Assembly (NCBI GenBank): GCA_964364875.1
Contig: CAYINT010000001.1
Location: 1 to 38,115, forward strand
DNA length: 38,115 nucleotides
Direction of reading: 5' to 3'
From: an uncultured Gammaproteobacteria bacterium
GTDB lineage: Bacteria > Patescibacteriota > Patescibacteriia > CAZCGY01
Position numbers and translations under genes: made by a program. The notes beneath the pieces were generated by a model. It ran no database searches. It worked only from the letters and a program-made list of their open reading frames with translations, and had not been told where the DNA came from. Positions 24,640 through 34,058 of this stretch are shown here, piece by piece; position 1 is the first letter of the stretch; every line of letters starts with the position of its first letter.

Positions 24640-27366
24640 CTATCGAAACAAGTGTGAATATTTCGTTTTATTCTCAATGACATAGTCTGGTAATTCGGAT
24701 TCGTCAAGCCAGAATTTAAGATTCCGTCCGCGGTAGTCACGATTTTCCAAGAGCGCGTTTTCTAGTTGGGATTTGATCTCGTGAGTATTAAATTCTTGAT
24801 GTCCATACGATTCAAGCTTTTTTTTCATTCGTTCCGCTCCACCCTGGAAAGTAAAGTGCCAACCGCCATTATTGATAACGGTATATTTGTTCTTTGTGTG
24901 TGTACGCAAATGGTTTAGGCAACTATGTTTAATATTTTTGTATTTTGTCGCCACGGTCCCGGTCCATCCAGTGGTCCAATTATCGTTCGATCGATTGTTG
25001 AGATAATAATAATAGGCAACTTGTTTGTATTTAAAAAGATCATTTTTGCTGTAGTCAATTTTCGCTTCAGGATTCCACATTTCGTCGACATCGGAAACAA
25101 AACAGAAATCATTATCTGATAAATGAACGAGGGCTTTCTTTAAGGATTCTTTTTGGTAAAATTCTTTGAGCCAGTGCGCTTCGCCTTTCGGAATGTTGTC
25201 CGACGTTAGGGCATTCAAAGTTATCTCTCTGTCTAAAGCGCTCAATTTTTTATCGTATAGCCGTTTACGCAAATCATCCTCGTCTGCCGGAGTGTCTTTT
25301 GTAACGTAATAAATAATTTTCTTCTCAAATTTGTTAAATCTTTCTTTATTTTCTTCAAATACTAACTTCTTTGGCAGTCCGGAAAACGTTTCCGCTGCCT
25401 CGACAATGACAAAATAATCTACGTACGGATCGAAGATATTCAACCGGATTTCTAGTACTTCAAGTTCGTTAAAGAAGTAGAAGGCGTCATAGATTCTAAT
25501 TTTCTTCCGGTATTCAGCGATCTGAACGGTCGAAAGACTCTTTTGTGAAAAGCGTACTTTCTTCGCCAACCCCTTGAGTGATAGCGGCTGGTTTTTTAAG
25601 GCAAGTATTTTCTTTGCGGCAGCTTTCGCCCTGAGTATTGATTTGTAGCCGGCGGTTTGAATTGGTTCGGGTAGGCGTTTTTTTAGGATCTCCACGAATT
25701 CGACCTTTGTGATGGGCGTCCGGACAACGTCGATTGCTTGTTTCAACGTGTTGAACTTTCGTTTTGGCAGGATTGCAACAAAATCGTCGGCAATCGGTTT
25801 TCGCATCGCCTCGCTCAATTCGAAGTTGCAAGTCCATATCGTATACAGCGCCCGTTCGATAATATGCGCCTCTCCAGGTAACGGCGTATGTGAGACGAAG
25901 ATCTTTAGGTTCTCGTAGAAGATTCTCGGGTATTTCAGGATATTCTCTTTCGGCACGATGTAGTTTGCTCCAGGGGGAAACCGGACGTAATCTGGGATCA
26001 CCGGATCCTTGAAGCAAAATTTCAGGAAGTCGTTGTAGTTGGAGAAGTACTTTACGGGATGGTGGTTCAAGTACCAGCTGTTGTTGATCTCGTTGAAGCC
26101 CCCGTCAGACGAAAAGAAGGCGCTTGGCATCTTCGGATTGTGCATCCGGGGATCTTCTATCGGTGTGAAAGCGTCGTTGTTCGAAATCCCGTCGAAGAAC
26201 GCCTTCGTTACGTGTCTCGGGAACACGTTTCCTTTCGTGAAGATTGTGCGATCCGGCAGACGCTCGTAATGGTCTATGATGAACGTGAGGTAATCATAGA
26301 TATTGTAGCCGACGTTCGGGGGCTTTACAACCTTCTTCGGGTCGACGGTATAGGGAAGGACATCGTGTTCGCCCCGGTCGTAGATGAGATAATTATCCGT
26401 CCGTTCGGGAACCCACCCGATGTCATTGTTGTAATTCGACACGACTACGAAGTTTTTCGTTATCTTGGTTGGATAGTAGTGCGTGTGGTGTTGTTCCTTG
26501 TACTCGCGCAGCTCCTTCAGGCATGAATCGTAATCGGGGAGCTTTCCCTCTCGGTCCTGATAGTGCCAGCCTGACGTGATGTTGTAATCGCATGCCCAAT
26601 AACCATCCGACCGGTTATGACCCCACCAGTATCTCGGGGCAATACAGAATTTTAGTTTTTCACTCAACCATGCAGGAAACCAGGCAAAGCTAGAGTTGGC
26701 CAAGATCAGGTAGTGCGCGTTCTTGATAACAACATAGTCCTCGGCGATGTTGAAATGGTGCACCTCGAACTCGGGAAAGAACTTCCTCGCTGTAACGACG
26801 TCGTCGGTGATTACGACGAATGTAAAACGCGGGTTAATCTTCCGCATGTGCCCGACCGCGTGGGCGTAGTAGGACTTCGGAACGAAGACGTCTGGAACAT
26901 GCACATACTCGCCACCGCGGAAATTTATGACGCAGATGTCATCACTGGAATAGTCATAACATTCATACTCTCCCTTTACCTTTAGCCACTCTTGTATCTC
27001 ATGCTTTCGATGAACGATATATTGTTCATCCTGCATGTTGCCGTCGATTTTCGTACTGTCAGGAGCATGAACGAGATTGTCGTCATGCGTACTGATATCG
27101 GCGTTGTCATAAGGGCGCGTCAGCCTCCTTTCCTTGTAGTAGTGTTTGATTCCTTCGGGTAGCGTTATGGGAGGCCCACCTTCCGGGCCGGATCCACCGG
27201 TAACGGGTCTGCCGAAGTCGATGTCCATGAAGTCGTTGCATTTGAACCGTTCTGGGTTCATGATGCCGAAATCGTACCGGTGATCCATTGCGATGACGCG
27301 GGTGACCACATAGCACCAAAGCTGGTTGCCGAGTCCTTGTCCGTTATAGATTTCCGTCACGAGCAT
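24640..27366 (-). CDS. Three-domain glycosyltransferase: GT11-like domain + DUF3431-like central domain + GT17-like domain
   Basis: 908 aa. aa 1-270 carry GT11-type motifs (QGLGNQLWCY, INFRGGEY, VVITDD, ANSSFAWFPAWL). aa 300-520 resemble DUF3431 (NVGYNIYDYLTFIIDHYERLPD ... GEAHIIERALYTIW). aa 622-908 resemble GT17 (IYDAFYFFNELEVLEIRLN..VDYFVIVEA..TFSG.PK, NNGGWHFTFQGG). Confidence 0.8.
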   Translation of the reverse strand: MLVTEIYNGQGLGNQLWCYVVTRVIAMDHRYDFGIMNPERFKCNDFMDIDFGRPVTGGSGPEGGPPITLPEGIKHYYKERRLTRPYDNADISTHDDNLVHAPDSTKIDGNMQDEQYIVHRKHEIQEWLKVKGEYECYDYSSDDICVINFRGGEYVHVPDVFVPKSYYAHAVGHMRKINPRFTFVVITDDVVTARKFFPEFEVHHFNIAEDYVVIKNAHYLILANSSFAWFPAWLSEKLKFCIAPRYWWGHNRSDGYWACDYNITSGWHYQDREGKLPDYDSCLKELREYKEQHHTHYYPTKITKNFVVVSNYNNDIGWVPERTDNYLIYDRGEHDVLPYTVDPKKVVKPPNVGYNIYDYLTFIIDHYERLPDRTIFTKGNVFPRHVTKAFFDGISNNDAFTPIEDPRMHNPKMPSAFFSSDGGFNEINNSWYLNHHPVKYFSNYNDFLKFCFKDPVIPDYVRFPPGANYIVPKENILKYPRIFYENLKIFVSHTPLPGEAHIIERALYTIWTCNFELSEAMRKPIADDFVAILPKRKFNTLKQAIDVVRTPITKVEFVEILKKRLPEPIQTAGYKSILRAKAAAKKILALKNQPLSLKGLAKKVRFSQKSLSTVQIAEYRKKIRIYDAFYFFNELEVLEIRLNIFDPYVDYFVIVEAAETFSGLPKKLVFEENKERFNKFEKKIIYYVTKDTPADEDDLRKRLYDKKLSALDREITLNALTSDNIPKGEAHWLKEFYQKESLKKALVHLSDNDFCFVSDVDEMWNPEAKIDYSKNDLFKYKQVAYYYYLNNRSNDNWTTGWTGTVATKYKNIKHSCLNHLRTHTKNKYTVINNGGWHFTFQGGAERMKKKLESYGHQEFNTHEIKSQLENALLENRDYRGRNLKFWLDESELPDYVIENKTKYSHLFR

Positions 27367-27384
27367 TGGCGTGGCACGATTAGG

Positions 27385-28119
27385 TTAACGTAGCAGCTGC
27401 CGCACTTTTTCGAGAAACTGCATGGACTTTCTGTATTTTTCGAGGATATATCGATACTCCCTTTTTCGGAGCGCCTTGTCAGCGACCGTGCTGGATACTT
27501 GATGGGCGCCGGTCCGATTGACCACGTTGATCGCGTTGAGTATTTTTGGATCCCCAAACGCATCGTGACACCTTTTGTAATAATCGCAATCCATGAACCA
27601 TGTGAGATTCTCGTCAAACAGAAGCGGACGCTCGTTCTTTATCGTCAATACCGAAGGGGAGCTTATCGTGTTGTTACCTAAATAGATCTTGTCGTTGTAT
27701 TTCGGATAGAACGGCCTGTAGTAGTTCACGCCGTCTTTGGAATGTTCACAGGCCGTCACTAACCAACGATCTTTTATTACATCGAAGTTGTTCGCAATAT
27801 TTTGCAGGGAGTTTTCGTCGTAGAGAAAATCATCCTGGAACAGAATTTTTAGCATCTTACCCGTGGCTTTGGTGATCGCATTGTTCAAGTTGGCCGATGA
27901 ACTGCCGATTTTCTCGTTATACCTGTAGTAATGGATATCCAGCCTGCTGGTGTACTCGTCGCACAAGTCTTTAATGACATCGGTCCGAGAATGATCGGAA
28001 ATGACAACGTCGAAATCCTTGAAGCTTTGACGAGTCAGGATATCGAAGCTCTGTTTTAAAAAAACATGGCCGACTCCATTCATTTCGTACGTGGGAATAC
28101 AGACGCTCAGTAATTTCAT
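27385..28119 (-). CDS. GT2 family glycosyltransferase
   Basis: LSVCIPTYEMNG...SFKDFDVVISDHS and a QDDF motif. Confidence 0.8.
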   Translation of the reverse strand: MKLLSVCIPTYEMNGVGHVFLKQSFDILTRQSFKDFDVVISDHSRTDVIKDLCDEYTSRLDIHYYRYNEKIGSSSANLNNAITKATGKMLKILFQDDFLYDENSLQNIANNFDVIKDRWLVTACEHSKDGVNYYRPFYPKYNDKIYLGNNTISSPSVLTIKNERPLLFDENLTWFMDCDYYKRCHDAFGDPKILNAINVVNRTGAHQVSSTVADKALRKREYRYILEKYRKSMQFLEKVRQLLR

Positions 28120-28128
28120 GTTAGTGGT

Positions 28129-29373
28129 TTACTGGGTAAAGCGATACTGCAGCAAGTTGTTGCAAATCGTGCCGTCGACCCTGATCCTGTAACCGTACTC
28201 CTTGAGGTCTGTTTCCACGAAAAACTCGCTCGCCATCAGTACGTGATCCCGGCTGGAACCTTTAATGAGGAAGTCGATGTTAGCGAAGTATCGCCCTTCG
28301 ACGAGATTGGTCGCCTTGGTTTCGCACACGATTTCTCCATTCGGGTACAGGTCGCCGGTGAAAGAATCGGCGGTTACGTCGCTATCCAGCCTGAGCACCG
28401 GACGCATGTCGTCGTTGACTACGGTAATTACCACCCTCACGTCGCGAATTTTTTCCTTGAAGAAACTCTCGTATTTCATGGCGAATCGGATACCGTCTGC
28501 ACTCCATATTGCCTTCTTCTGTTGGGGGTTGGTAATCTGGATGTCAGTGAACCATACCTCGTCCTTGCCGGTCTTATCCCTCCGGTTGCGCAGCGAGACT
28601 GTAGAGGATTGATTGTTCTTGTTGAGATACTGCGCTACGACCTTTTCTGTCTCGTCGAACATTATGACCCGACCTTCCTTGAGCAGAATGCATTTCGAGC
28701 AGATTTTCCGGACAGCATCCATGTTGTGGCTTACGAAGATGACGGTTCGGCCTGCTTCCTTTGTCACCTCATCCATTTTGCCGACGCTTCTTTTTTGAAA
28801 GTCAGCATCTCCGACTGATAGTACCTCATCAACAATAAGGATGTGCGGCTCGAGATGGGCCGCAACGGAAAAAGCCAGTCGGACAATCATGCCTGATGAA
28901 TAGCGTTTCACCGGAGTGTCGAGGAATTTTTCTACTCCAGAAAATTGCACAATCTCATCAAATTTTCTGACAATCTCACTCTTTGGCATGCCGAGAATGG
29001 AACCGTTCAAGAAAAGGTTCTCTCTTCCTGTAAGCTCTGGATGAAAACCGGTCCCAATTTCCAGAAGCGACGCAACATGTCCTCGTAGCGTGGCGATACC
29101 TTTTGTTGGCGCTGTAATTTGGGAAAGGATTTTAAGGAGCGTTGATTTTCCAGAACCATTTGGCCCAATGAGACCGATGGATTCACCTTTCTGAACTGAA
29201 AAACTTACGTCCTGGAGGGCCCACAGTTCTTCACGCTGCGTTTTTTCCCGAAACAGTCGAAATGGCGTTTTGGCAATTTCTACCATTGTATCACGCAGAG
29301 TTTGGTACGAAACTTGATGCGTAATAGAGTAGCTCTTGGAAAGATGTTCAACTTCGATGATTGGTTTTTCCAT
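28129..29373 (-). CDS. wzt: Polysaccharide ABC exporter ATP-binding protein (Wzt/TagH-like) with C-terminal glycan-binding-type extension
   Basis: Walker A GPNGSGKST, signature YSSGM, Walker B ILIVDE, plus a roughly 155-aa beta-rich C-terminal extension (nt about 28129-28605). Start options are 29373 (MEKPIIEVEH), 29388 and 29427. Confidence 0.88.
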   Translation of the reverse strand: MEKPIIEVEHLSKSYSITHQVSYQTLRDTMVEIAKTPFRLFREKTQREELWALQDVSFSVQKGESIGLIGPNGSGKSTLLKILSQITAPTKGIATLRGHVASLLEIGTGFHPELTGRENLFLNGSILGMPKSEIVRKFDEIVQFSGVEKFLDTPVKRYSSGMIVRLAFSVAAHLEPHILIVDEVLSVGDADFQKRSVGKMDEVTKEAGRTVIFVSHNMDAVRKICSKCILLKEGRVIMFDETEKVVAQYLNKNNQSSTVSLRNRRDKTGKDEVWFTDIQITNPQQKKAIWSADGIRFAMKYESFFKEKIRDVRVVITVVNDDMRPVLRLDSDVTADSFTGDLYPNGEIVCETKATNLVEGRYFANIDFLIKGSSRDHVLMASEFFVETDLKEYGYRIRVDGTICNNLLQYRFTQ

Positions 29374-29377
29374 ATGC

Positions 29378-30214
29378 TTATGCAACATCTGCAAAAACCC
29401 GTTCCGTTTTGCGGAAGTAGAAAACACCGAGGAAAAAAAGAAAAACCGACGATGCGAATGAAATCAGTAATAGCGATACATCAAGCTCCTTCGTGTGGAT
29501 AATAATTGATCGCGCGGCTTCAATAATTCCAGTCATGGGATTGAGCGCGAGAAGCCAATGATATTTCGGGGAAACAAGTGTGGTGGGATAGATAACTGGC
29601 GTGAGAAAGAGCAATGACTGAATAAAAAACGGCAATGCATAGCGCACGTCTCTGTAGCGGACATTAATTGCAGCAAGAAATGATCCAAGTCCCGATGCGG
29701 CAAGAAATGACAGTACTACAAGTACGGGAAGGAGTAGAATACCCGGCCATGAAGGGCTAAACCCGTAGAACACAAGCATGCCTCCAAGTACAACGAATGC
29801 AATAAGAAAATCGATAATGGGCGTGATCGCCGGCGAGAACGGAAGAAGGAGTCGGGGAAAGTATATTTTTTTGATCAGATTTTCGTTCTCGACCAGAGAA
29901 TTACTCGCATTGGTTAGGGCAGTCGAAAAGTAGTTCCAAAAGAGCAGGCCCGAGTAGACAAAAATAGGGTAGGGTACTCCGTCAGAAGGAACCTTTACCA
30001 ATCCTCCAAAAAAAGCCGAAAAGATAACCATCAGAAGAAATGGCTGAAAAATTGCCCACAAGACGCCAATGGCCGTTTGTTTGTAGCGAACCTTTATGTC
30101 GCGCCATGTAAAAATATAGAGCAATCCGCGGAAACGCCAAAGCTCCTGAACGTTGACGGCGATCCAGCCTTTTGTTGGCTTAATAATAATATCTTTTCCC
30201 TGATACTCAGCCAT
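29378..30214 (-). CDS. wzm: ABC-2 type polysaccharide exporter permease (Wzm/TagG-like)
   Basis: LWRFRGLLYIFTWRDIKVRYKQTAIGVLWAIFQPF is the hallmark N-terminal block, followed by six helices. The track start at 30250 is a TTG; the ATG at 30214 is preferred. Confidence 0.88.
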   Translation of the reverse strand: MAEYQGKDIIIKPTKGWIAVNVQELWRFRGLLYIFTWRDIKVRYKQTAIGVLWAIFQPFLLMVIFSAFFGGLVKVPSDGVPYPIFVYSGLLFWNYFSTALTNASNSLVENENLIKKIYFPRLLLPFSPAITPIIDFLIAFVVLGGMLVFYGFSPSWPGILLLPVLVVLSFLAASGLGSFLAAINVRYRDVRYALPFFIQSLLFLTPVIYPTTLVSPKYHWLLALNPMTGIIEAARSIIIHTKELDVSLLLISFASSVFLFFLGVFYFRKTERVFADVA

Positions 30215-31139
30215 GTGCGTTTTCTGAGTACCACTGATATGTTTTTTCAATACCCTCTCGCAACTCTATTGTTGCTTTCCAACCAAGTCCATTCACTTTT
30301 GTAACGTCGAGAAGCTTTCTGGGCATTCCATCAGGCTTGCTCGTATCCCAAACAATCTCTCCCTCGTATCCAGCAACGCCTTTGACCATCTCGGCGAATT
30401 CTTTGATGTTTACATCCTCACCGGTACCGATATTGACAATGTCTGGTTGGTCGTAGGTATTCATAAGAAAGACACATGCAGACGCTAAGTCGTCGACGTG
30501 AAGAAATTCTCGTTTTGGCATACCGGTGCCCCACACGATAACCGCAGGAGCGTTGTTCATTTTCGCCTCATGGAATTTTCTAATGAGCGCAGGAAAAACG
30601 TGTGATGTCACCGGATTAAAATTATCATTTGGGCCGTAGAGGTTTGTCGGCATGACCGAGATGAAGTTGTCGTTATACTGTTTATGAAAAGCCTGGCACA
30701 TGAGAATCCCAGCAATTTTTGCCGCCGCATAAGGAATGTTCGTCGGTTCTGGCTTGCCGTCGAGAAAATACTCTTCTTTGATCGGTTGTGGACACTCGCG
30801 GGGATAGATGCAGCTACTGCCAAGGAACAATAATTTTTTTACCTTGAAATCATGCGCTGATTTCACCACGTTATTTTGAATTACAAGATTTTCATAGATG
30901 AAATCTGCACCTTGTGTATTATTGGCAAAGATACCTCCAACCTTTGCTGCAGCGAGAAAAACGTAGTCAGGTCGCTCCCGCTCAAAAAAATCATGCACGT
31001 CTTCAAAAATCATTAAATCCATCTCGTCTCTGGTTCGTGTAACCAGGTTTGTATAACCTTGCGACTGTAATTGTCGTAACAGTGCTGAGCCGACAAGTCC
31101 ACGATGTCCCGCAACATAAATTTTAGATTCTTTTTCCAT
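30207..31139 (-). CDS. fcl: GDP-L-fucose synthase (GDP-4-keto-6-deoxy-D-mannose 3,5-epimerase-4-reductase)
   Basis: KIYVAGHRGLVGSAL, SSCIYP, PYAAAKIAG, TNLYGPNDNF and REFLHVDDLA. Confidence 0.92.
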   Translation of the reverse strand: MEKESKIYVAGHRGLVGSALLRQLQSQGYTNLVTRTRDEMDLMIFEDVHDFFERERPDYVFLAAAKVGGIFANNTQGADFIYENLVIQNNVVKSAHDFKVKKLLFLGSSCIYPRECPQPIKEEYFLDGKPEPTNIPYAAAKIAGILMCQAFHKQYNDNFISVMPTNLYGPNDNFNPVTSHVFPALIRKFHEAKMNNAPAVIVWGTGMPKREFLHVDDLASACVFLMNTYDQPDIVNIGTGEDVNIKEFAEMVKGVAGYEGEIVWDTSKPDGMPRKLLDVTKVNGLGWKATIELREGIEKTYQWYSENAHG

Positions 31140-31142
31140 GAA

Positions 31143-32177
31143 CTACTTCTTCAATTCTGTCTGATAATCAGCTTCGACCATCATTTTTACCAGCTCCTTA
31201 AATGATGTTTTTGGCGTCCAGCCAAATTCCCGTTTTGCTTTTGATGGATCACCAATAAGCATATCAACCTCGGTTGGACGGAAGTACCTCGGATCAATCT
31301 TGATGATCGTTTTTCCAGTAAGACCATCAAACCCTTCCTCGTCGATACCATGGCCGCGCCAGTGAACATCAATTTCGAGATGGCGTCCAGCTTCTTCGAT
31401 AAATTCCCTGACGGAGTGTGTTTTACCGGTTGCAATGACGAAGTCATCCGGCTTTGGTTGCTGCAACATCATCCACATCGCCTCAACATAGTCTTTTGCA
31501 TAGCCCCAGTCTCGCTTAGCATCGAGATTTCCCAAGTACAGCAGATCTTGTTTCCCAGTTTTTATTCGAGACAAGGCCTGAGTGGTTTTCCTGGTGACAA
31601 AGGTTTCGCCACGACGAGGAGATTCGTGGTTAAACAAAATTCCGTTGCACGCGAAGAGATTATAGCTTTCACGAAAGTTGATGGTAATCCAATATGCATA
31701 TACCTTTGCGACGCCATACGGGCTGCGCGGATAAAACGGCGTTGTTTCTTTTTGCGGAACTTCCTGCACCTTGCCGAACATTTCGCTGGATGACGCCTGG
31801 TAGAATCGCGTATTGAGTTTTGTCTCGCGTATGGCTTCCAAGAGTCGCGTCACGCCAAGCGCATCAGTATTACCAGTATACTCCGGCATATCGAAACTCA
31901 CCCGGACGTGACTTTGCGCGCCAAGGTTGTAGATCTCATCGGGAATAATTTTTTCGATCAAACGGTACAGATTTGAAGAATCTGTCAGATCGCCGTAGTG
32001 CAGTAGTAGATGTCGATCCGGAACGTGCGGATCCTGATAGATGTGATCCAGCCGTCCTGTGTTAAATGTTGAGGAGCGCCTTATTAAACCATGCACTTTA
32101 TATCCCTTAGATAGCAGTAGTTCCGCAAGATATGATCCATCCTGACCAGTAATTCCCGTGATGAGAGCTTTTTTCAT
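31143..32177 (-). CDS. gmd: GDP-mannose 4,6-dehydratase
   Basis: [58 protein letters not shown] and [20 protein letters not shown]. Confidence 0.95.
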   Translation of the reverse strand: MKKALITGITGQDGSYLAELLLSKGYKVHGLIRRSSTFNTGRLDHIYQDPHVPDRHLLLHYGDLTDSSNLYRLIEKIIPDEIYNLGAQSHVRVSFDMPEYTGNTDALGVTRLLEAIRETKLNTRFYQASSSEMFGKVQEVPQKETTPFYPRSPYGVAKVYAYWITINFRESYNLFACNGILFNHESPRRGETFVTRKTTQALSRIKTGKQDLLYLGNLDAKRDWGYAKDYVEAMWMMLQQPKPDDFVIATGKTHSVREFIEEAGRHLEIDVHWRGHGIDEEGFDGLTGKTIIKIDPRYFRPTEVDMLIGDPSKAKREFGWTPKTSFKELVKMMVEADYQTELKK

Positions 32178-32440
32178 TATTATAGAGAATCAATAGTTTG
32201 TTTGAAGAAAAAAGTTGAAAATTCTACAGTTCAATCGTCCCCCCGAATTTAGGTAGAACTAGAAAATTTGTGACAGCTCCAAGAACAATAATCTGTTAAG
32301 AAAACAGGTTTTTATGTGAAACGATCATACCAAATACTACGGAAAAGCGCAAGGTTGCTTGGCTTGGGAGCGTATACGTTGGTTGTGTGAAGAACATTCC
32401 AGCACTTGAAGGGAGGGTGTGTACACGGTAGGATGAGTCT

Positions 32441-34021
32441 ATGTCATTGCGTACGTATAAAAAATGGCGATGGTACGGTATCGCTCTGGTTACTACCGCG
32501 GTTCTACTTTCATGTGCGTACATGTGGTATTCGATTGGGTCGTTTCGCTACGACTCTCCGGACGAAACAGCAAACGCCTACTTCACGCAAAGAGTGATCG
32601 AAGGAAAGGGCTTGCGTGTCTGCGAGCCACCATACAGCATAGTCGAGGATGCACCCCACCCGAGGTCAACGGCCATCAGGAATGGCTGCCTTGTGCCCGG
32701 GAGTTTTTTAGGGCAGGATCTCTTCTACGGAATTTTTGGACTGATCCTTGGGAACTGGGTCGTGCCACTTCTTTCCTCGTTGCTGACGATTGCGGCGCTC
32801 GTCGGGCTGTTTGACGTTTTTCGAAGGGTGATGGGAAAACGCCGAGCAGTCTTTGGGGTTGTGCTTGCTGGTGTGCAGCCTGCATTTTTACTTTTTGCAA
32901 GCAGGCCGTATTACCACAACATACTCTTTCTTGATTTTCTGATTTTTGCACTGGCATCGTTGTTTCGTGCGGTTGCGAAAAACGATCTCCGCTGGTACGG
33001 TCTTTCCGGGTTTTTCGTAGGTCTTGCACTGAGCGTTCGTACATCTGAAGCGCTTTGGGTACTCCCGATTTTGCTGCTTACGGCAATTGTTCCAAAATGG
33101 CGATCATGGAAAGGCGTGTTTGTGGCCGGAGCGTTTCTTCTTCTTGCCATGCTACCCGTCTTCTGGGCAAACACTGCCGTTTTTGGAGTCCCATGGCGCA
33201 CCGCCTATACATTGAGCGTGGATGAGGGGTCGGGGCAGTTGTCTGACATCACTGCGCGGCTTGTGTTGCCGTTTGGCACACATCCGGTTGCCGCTATGCA
33301 GGCTGTGAATCGGTACATCCTCGGTCTCATGCCATGGATCGGGCTCCCTCTGCTGTTTGGAATCCTCGTCGCGGTCCGTACTATCCGTCGGCTTTCAAGT
33401 TTTTTCCGCTGGTACACGATTGCGTATCTTTGTATGAGCGGATGGCTTATTCTGTACTACGGATCCTGGCAGCTCGCTGAGTACAACGACCCGACGCTCG
33501 TGTTTCTCTCCTCATCGTACATCCGGTACTGGCTGCCGATTTTCGTCTTCGGTACGCCATTCATCGTTCTCGGAATTGAGCACATCCATGCGCAGTTTAT
33601 GGCTGGAAAATTTGCTTTCTTGCGCACTACACTGCTTCTTGGCTTGATCACGGTTCTTTCGGTCAATCTTGCGTATGCCGACCCGCTTCATGGACTTATC
33701 GCAGTTCGTTCTCGCGTGCAACAGTACAAAGCAACGTCTGATGCGATCACGGATATTGTACGACCAGCAGACACTATCATTGCCGGGTTTCACGATAAAG
33801 TATTTTTCCCTGACCGGTCGGTTGTCGTCAACCTTCCCGAGAACGCCACGCAGCGACGCGTAGTGCTTCATCAGCTCTGGCAGCGCGGGCGGCTGTATCT
33901 TTTTCAGGGAGTGATCGACGAGCCGGCCATACAAAGCGGAGCGCTCCTGCGTGCGGAAGGTCATGTGCTGACATCGGTAAAGACCGTTGATGAGGGAACG
34001 CTCTATCGCGTCGAACCTTGA
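32441..34021 (+). CDS. GT-C fold membrane glycosyltransferase (ArnT/PMT-like)
   Basis: 526 aa with about 11-12 helices. The first extracytoplasmic loop carries YDSPDETANAYF (D41-E42), resembling the DE..Y acceptor-loop motif of ArnT/PMT-type enzymes that use polyprenyl-phosphate sugars. Confidence 0.65.
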   Translation: MSLRTYKKWRWYGIALVTTAVLLSCAYMWYSIGSFRYDSPDETANAYFTQRVIEGKGLRVCEPPYSIVEDAPHPRSTAIRNGCLVPGSFLGQDLFYGIFGLILGNWVVPLLSSLLTIAALVGLFDVFRRVMGKRRAVFGVVLAGVQPAFLLFASRPYYHNILFLDFLIFALASLFRAVAKNDLRWYGLSGFFVGLALSVRTSEALWVLPILLLTAIVPKWRSWKGVFVAGAFLLLAMLPVFWANTAVFGVPWRTAYTLSVDEGSGQLSDITARLVLPFGTHPVAAMQAVNRYILGLMPWIGLPLLFGILVAVRTIRRLSSFFRWYTIAYLCMSGWLILYYGSWQLAEYNDPTLVFLSSSYIRYWLPIFVFGTPFIVLGIEHIHAQFMAGKFAFLRTTLLLGLITVLSVNLAYADPLHGLIAVRSRVQQYKATSDAITDIVRPADTIIAGFHDKVFFPDRSVVVNLPENATQRRVVLHQLWQRGRLYLFQGVIDEPAIQSGALLRAEGHVLTSVKTVDEGTLYRVEP

Positions 34022-34058
34022 TTTTTTGAAGTAACAGTGTACACTAGGAACGTTTTCC

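Noticed and set aside
25514-26526. ORFs of 167 aa (minus strand, other frame) and 155 aa (plus strand) inside the 908-aa glycosyltransferase gene
   Set aside because: Both are fully nested in a long ORF with clear domain motifs, and neither contains recognisable motifs. They are frame-shadow ORFs.
32178-32440. JUMPstart/ops element (GGCGGTAG) or an obvious divergent promoter pair in the gmd / GT-C intergenic region
   Set aside because: The ops octamer is not present in this interval. Only weak -35/-10 look-alikes occur (for example TTGTGA, 15-nt spacer, TAATCT), which is too weak to annotate.
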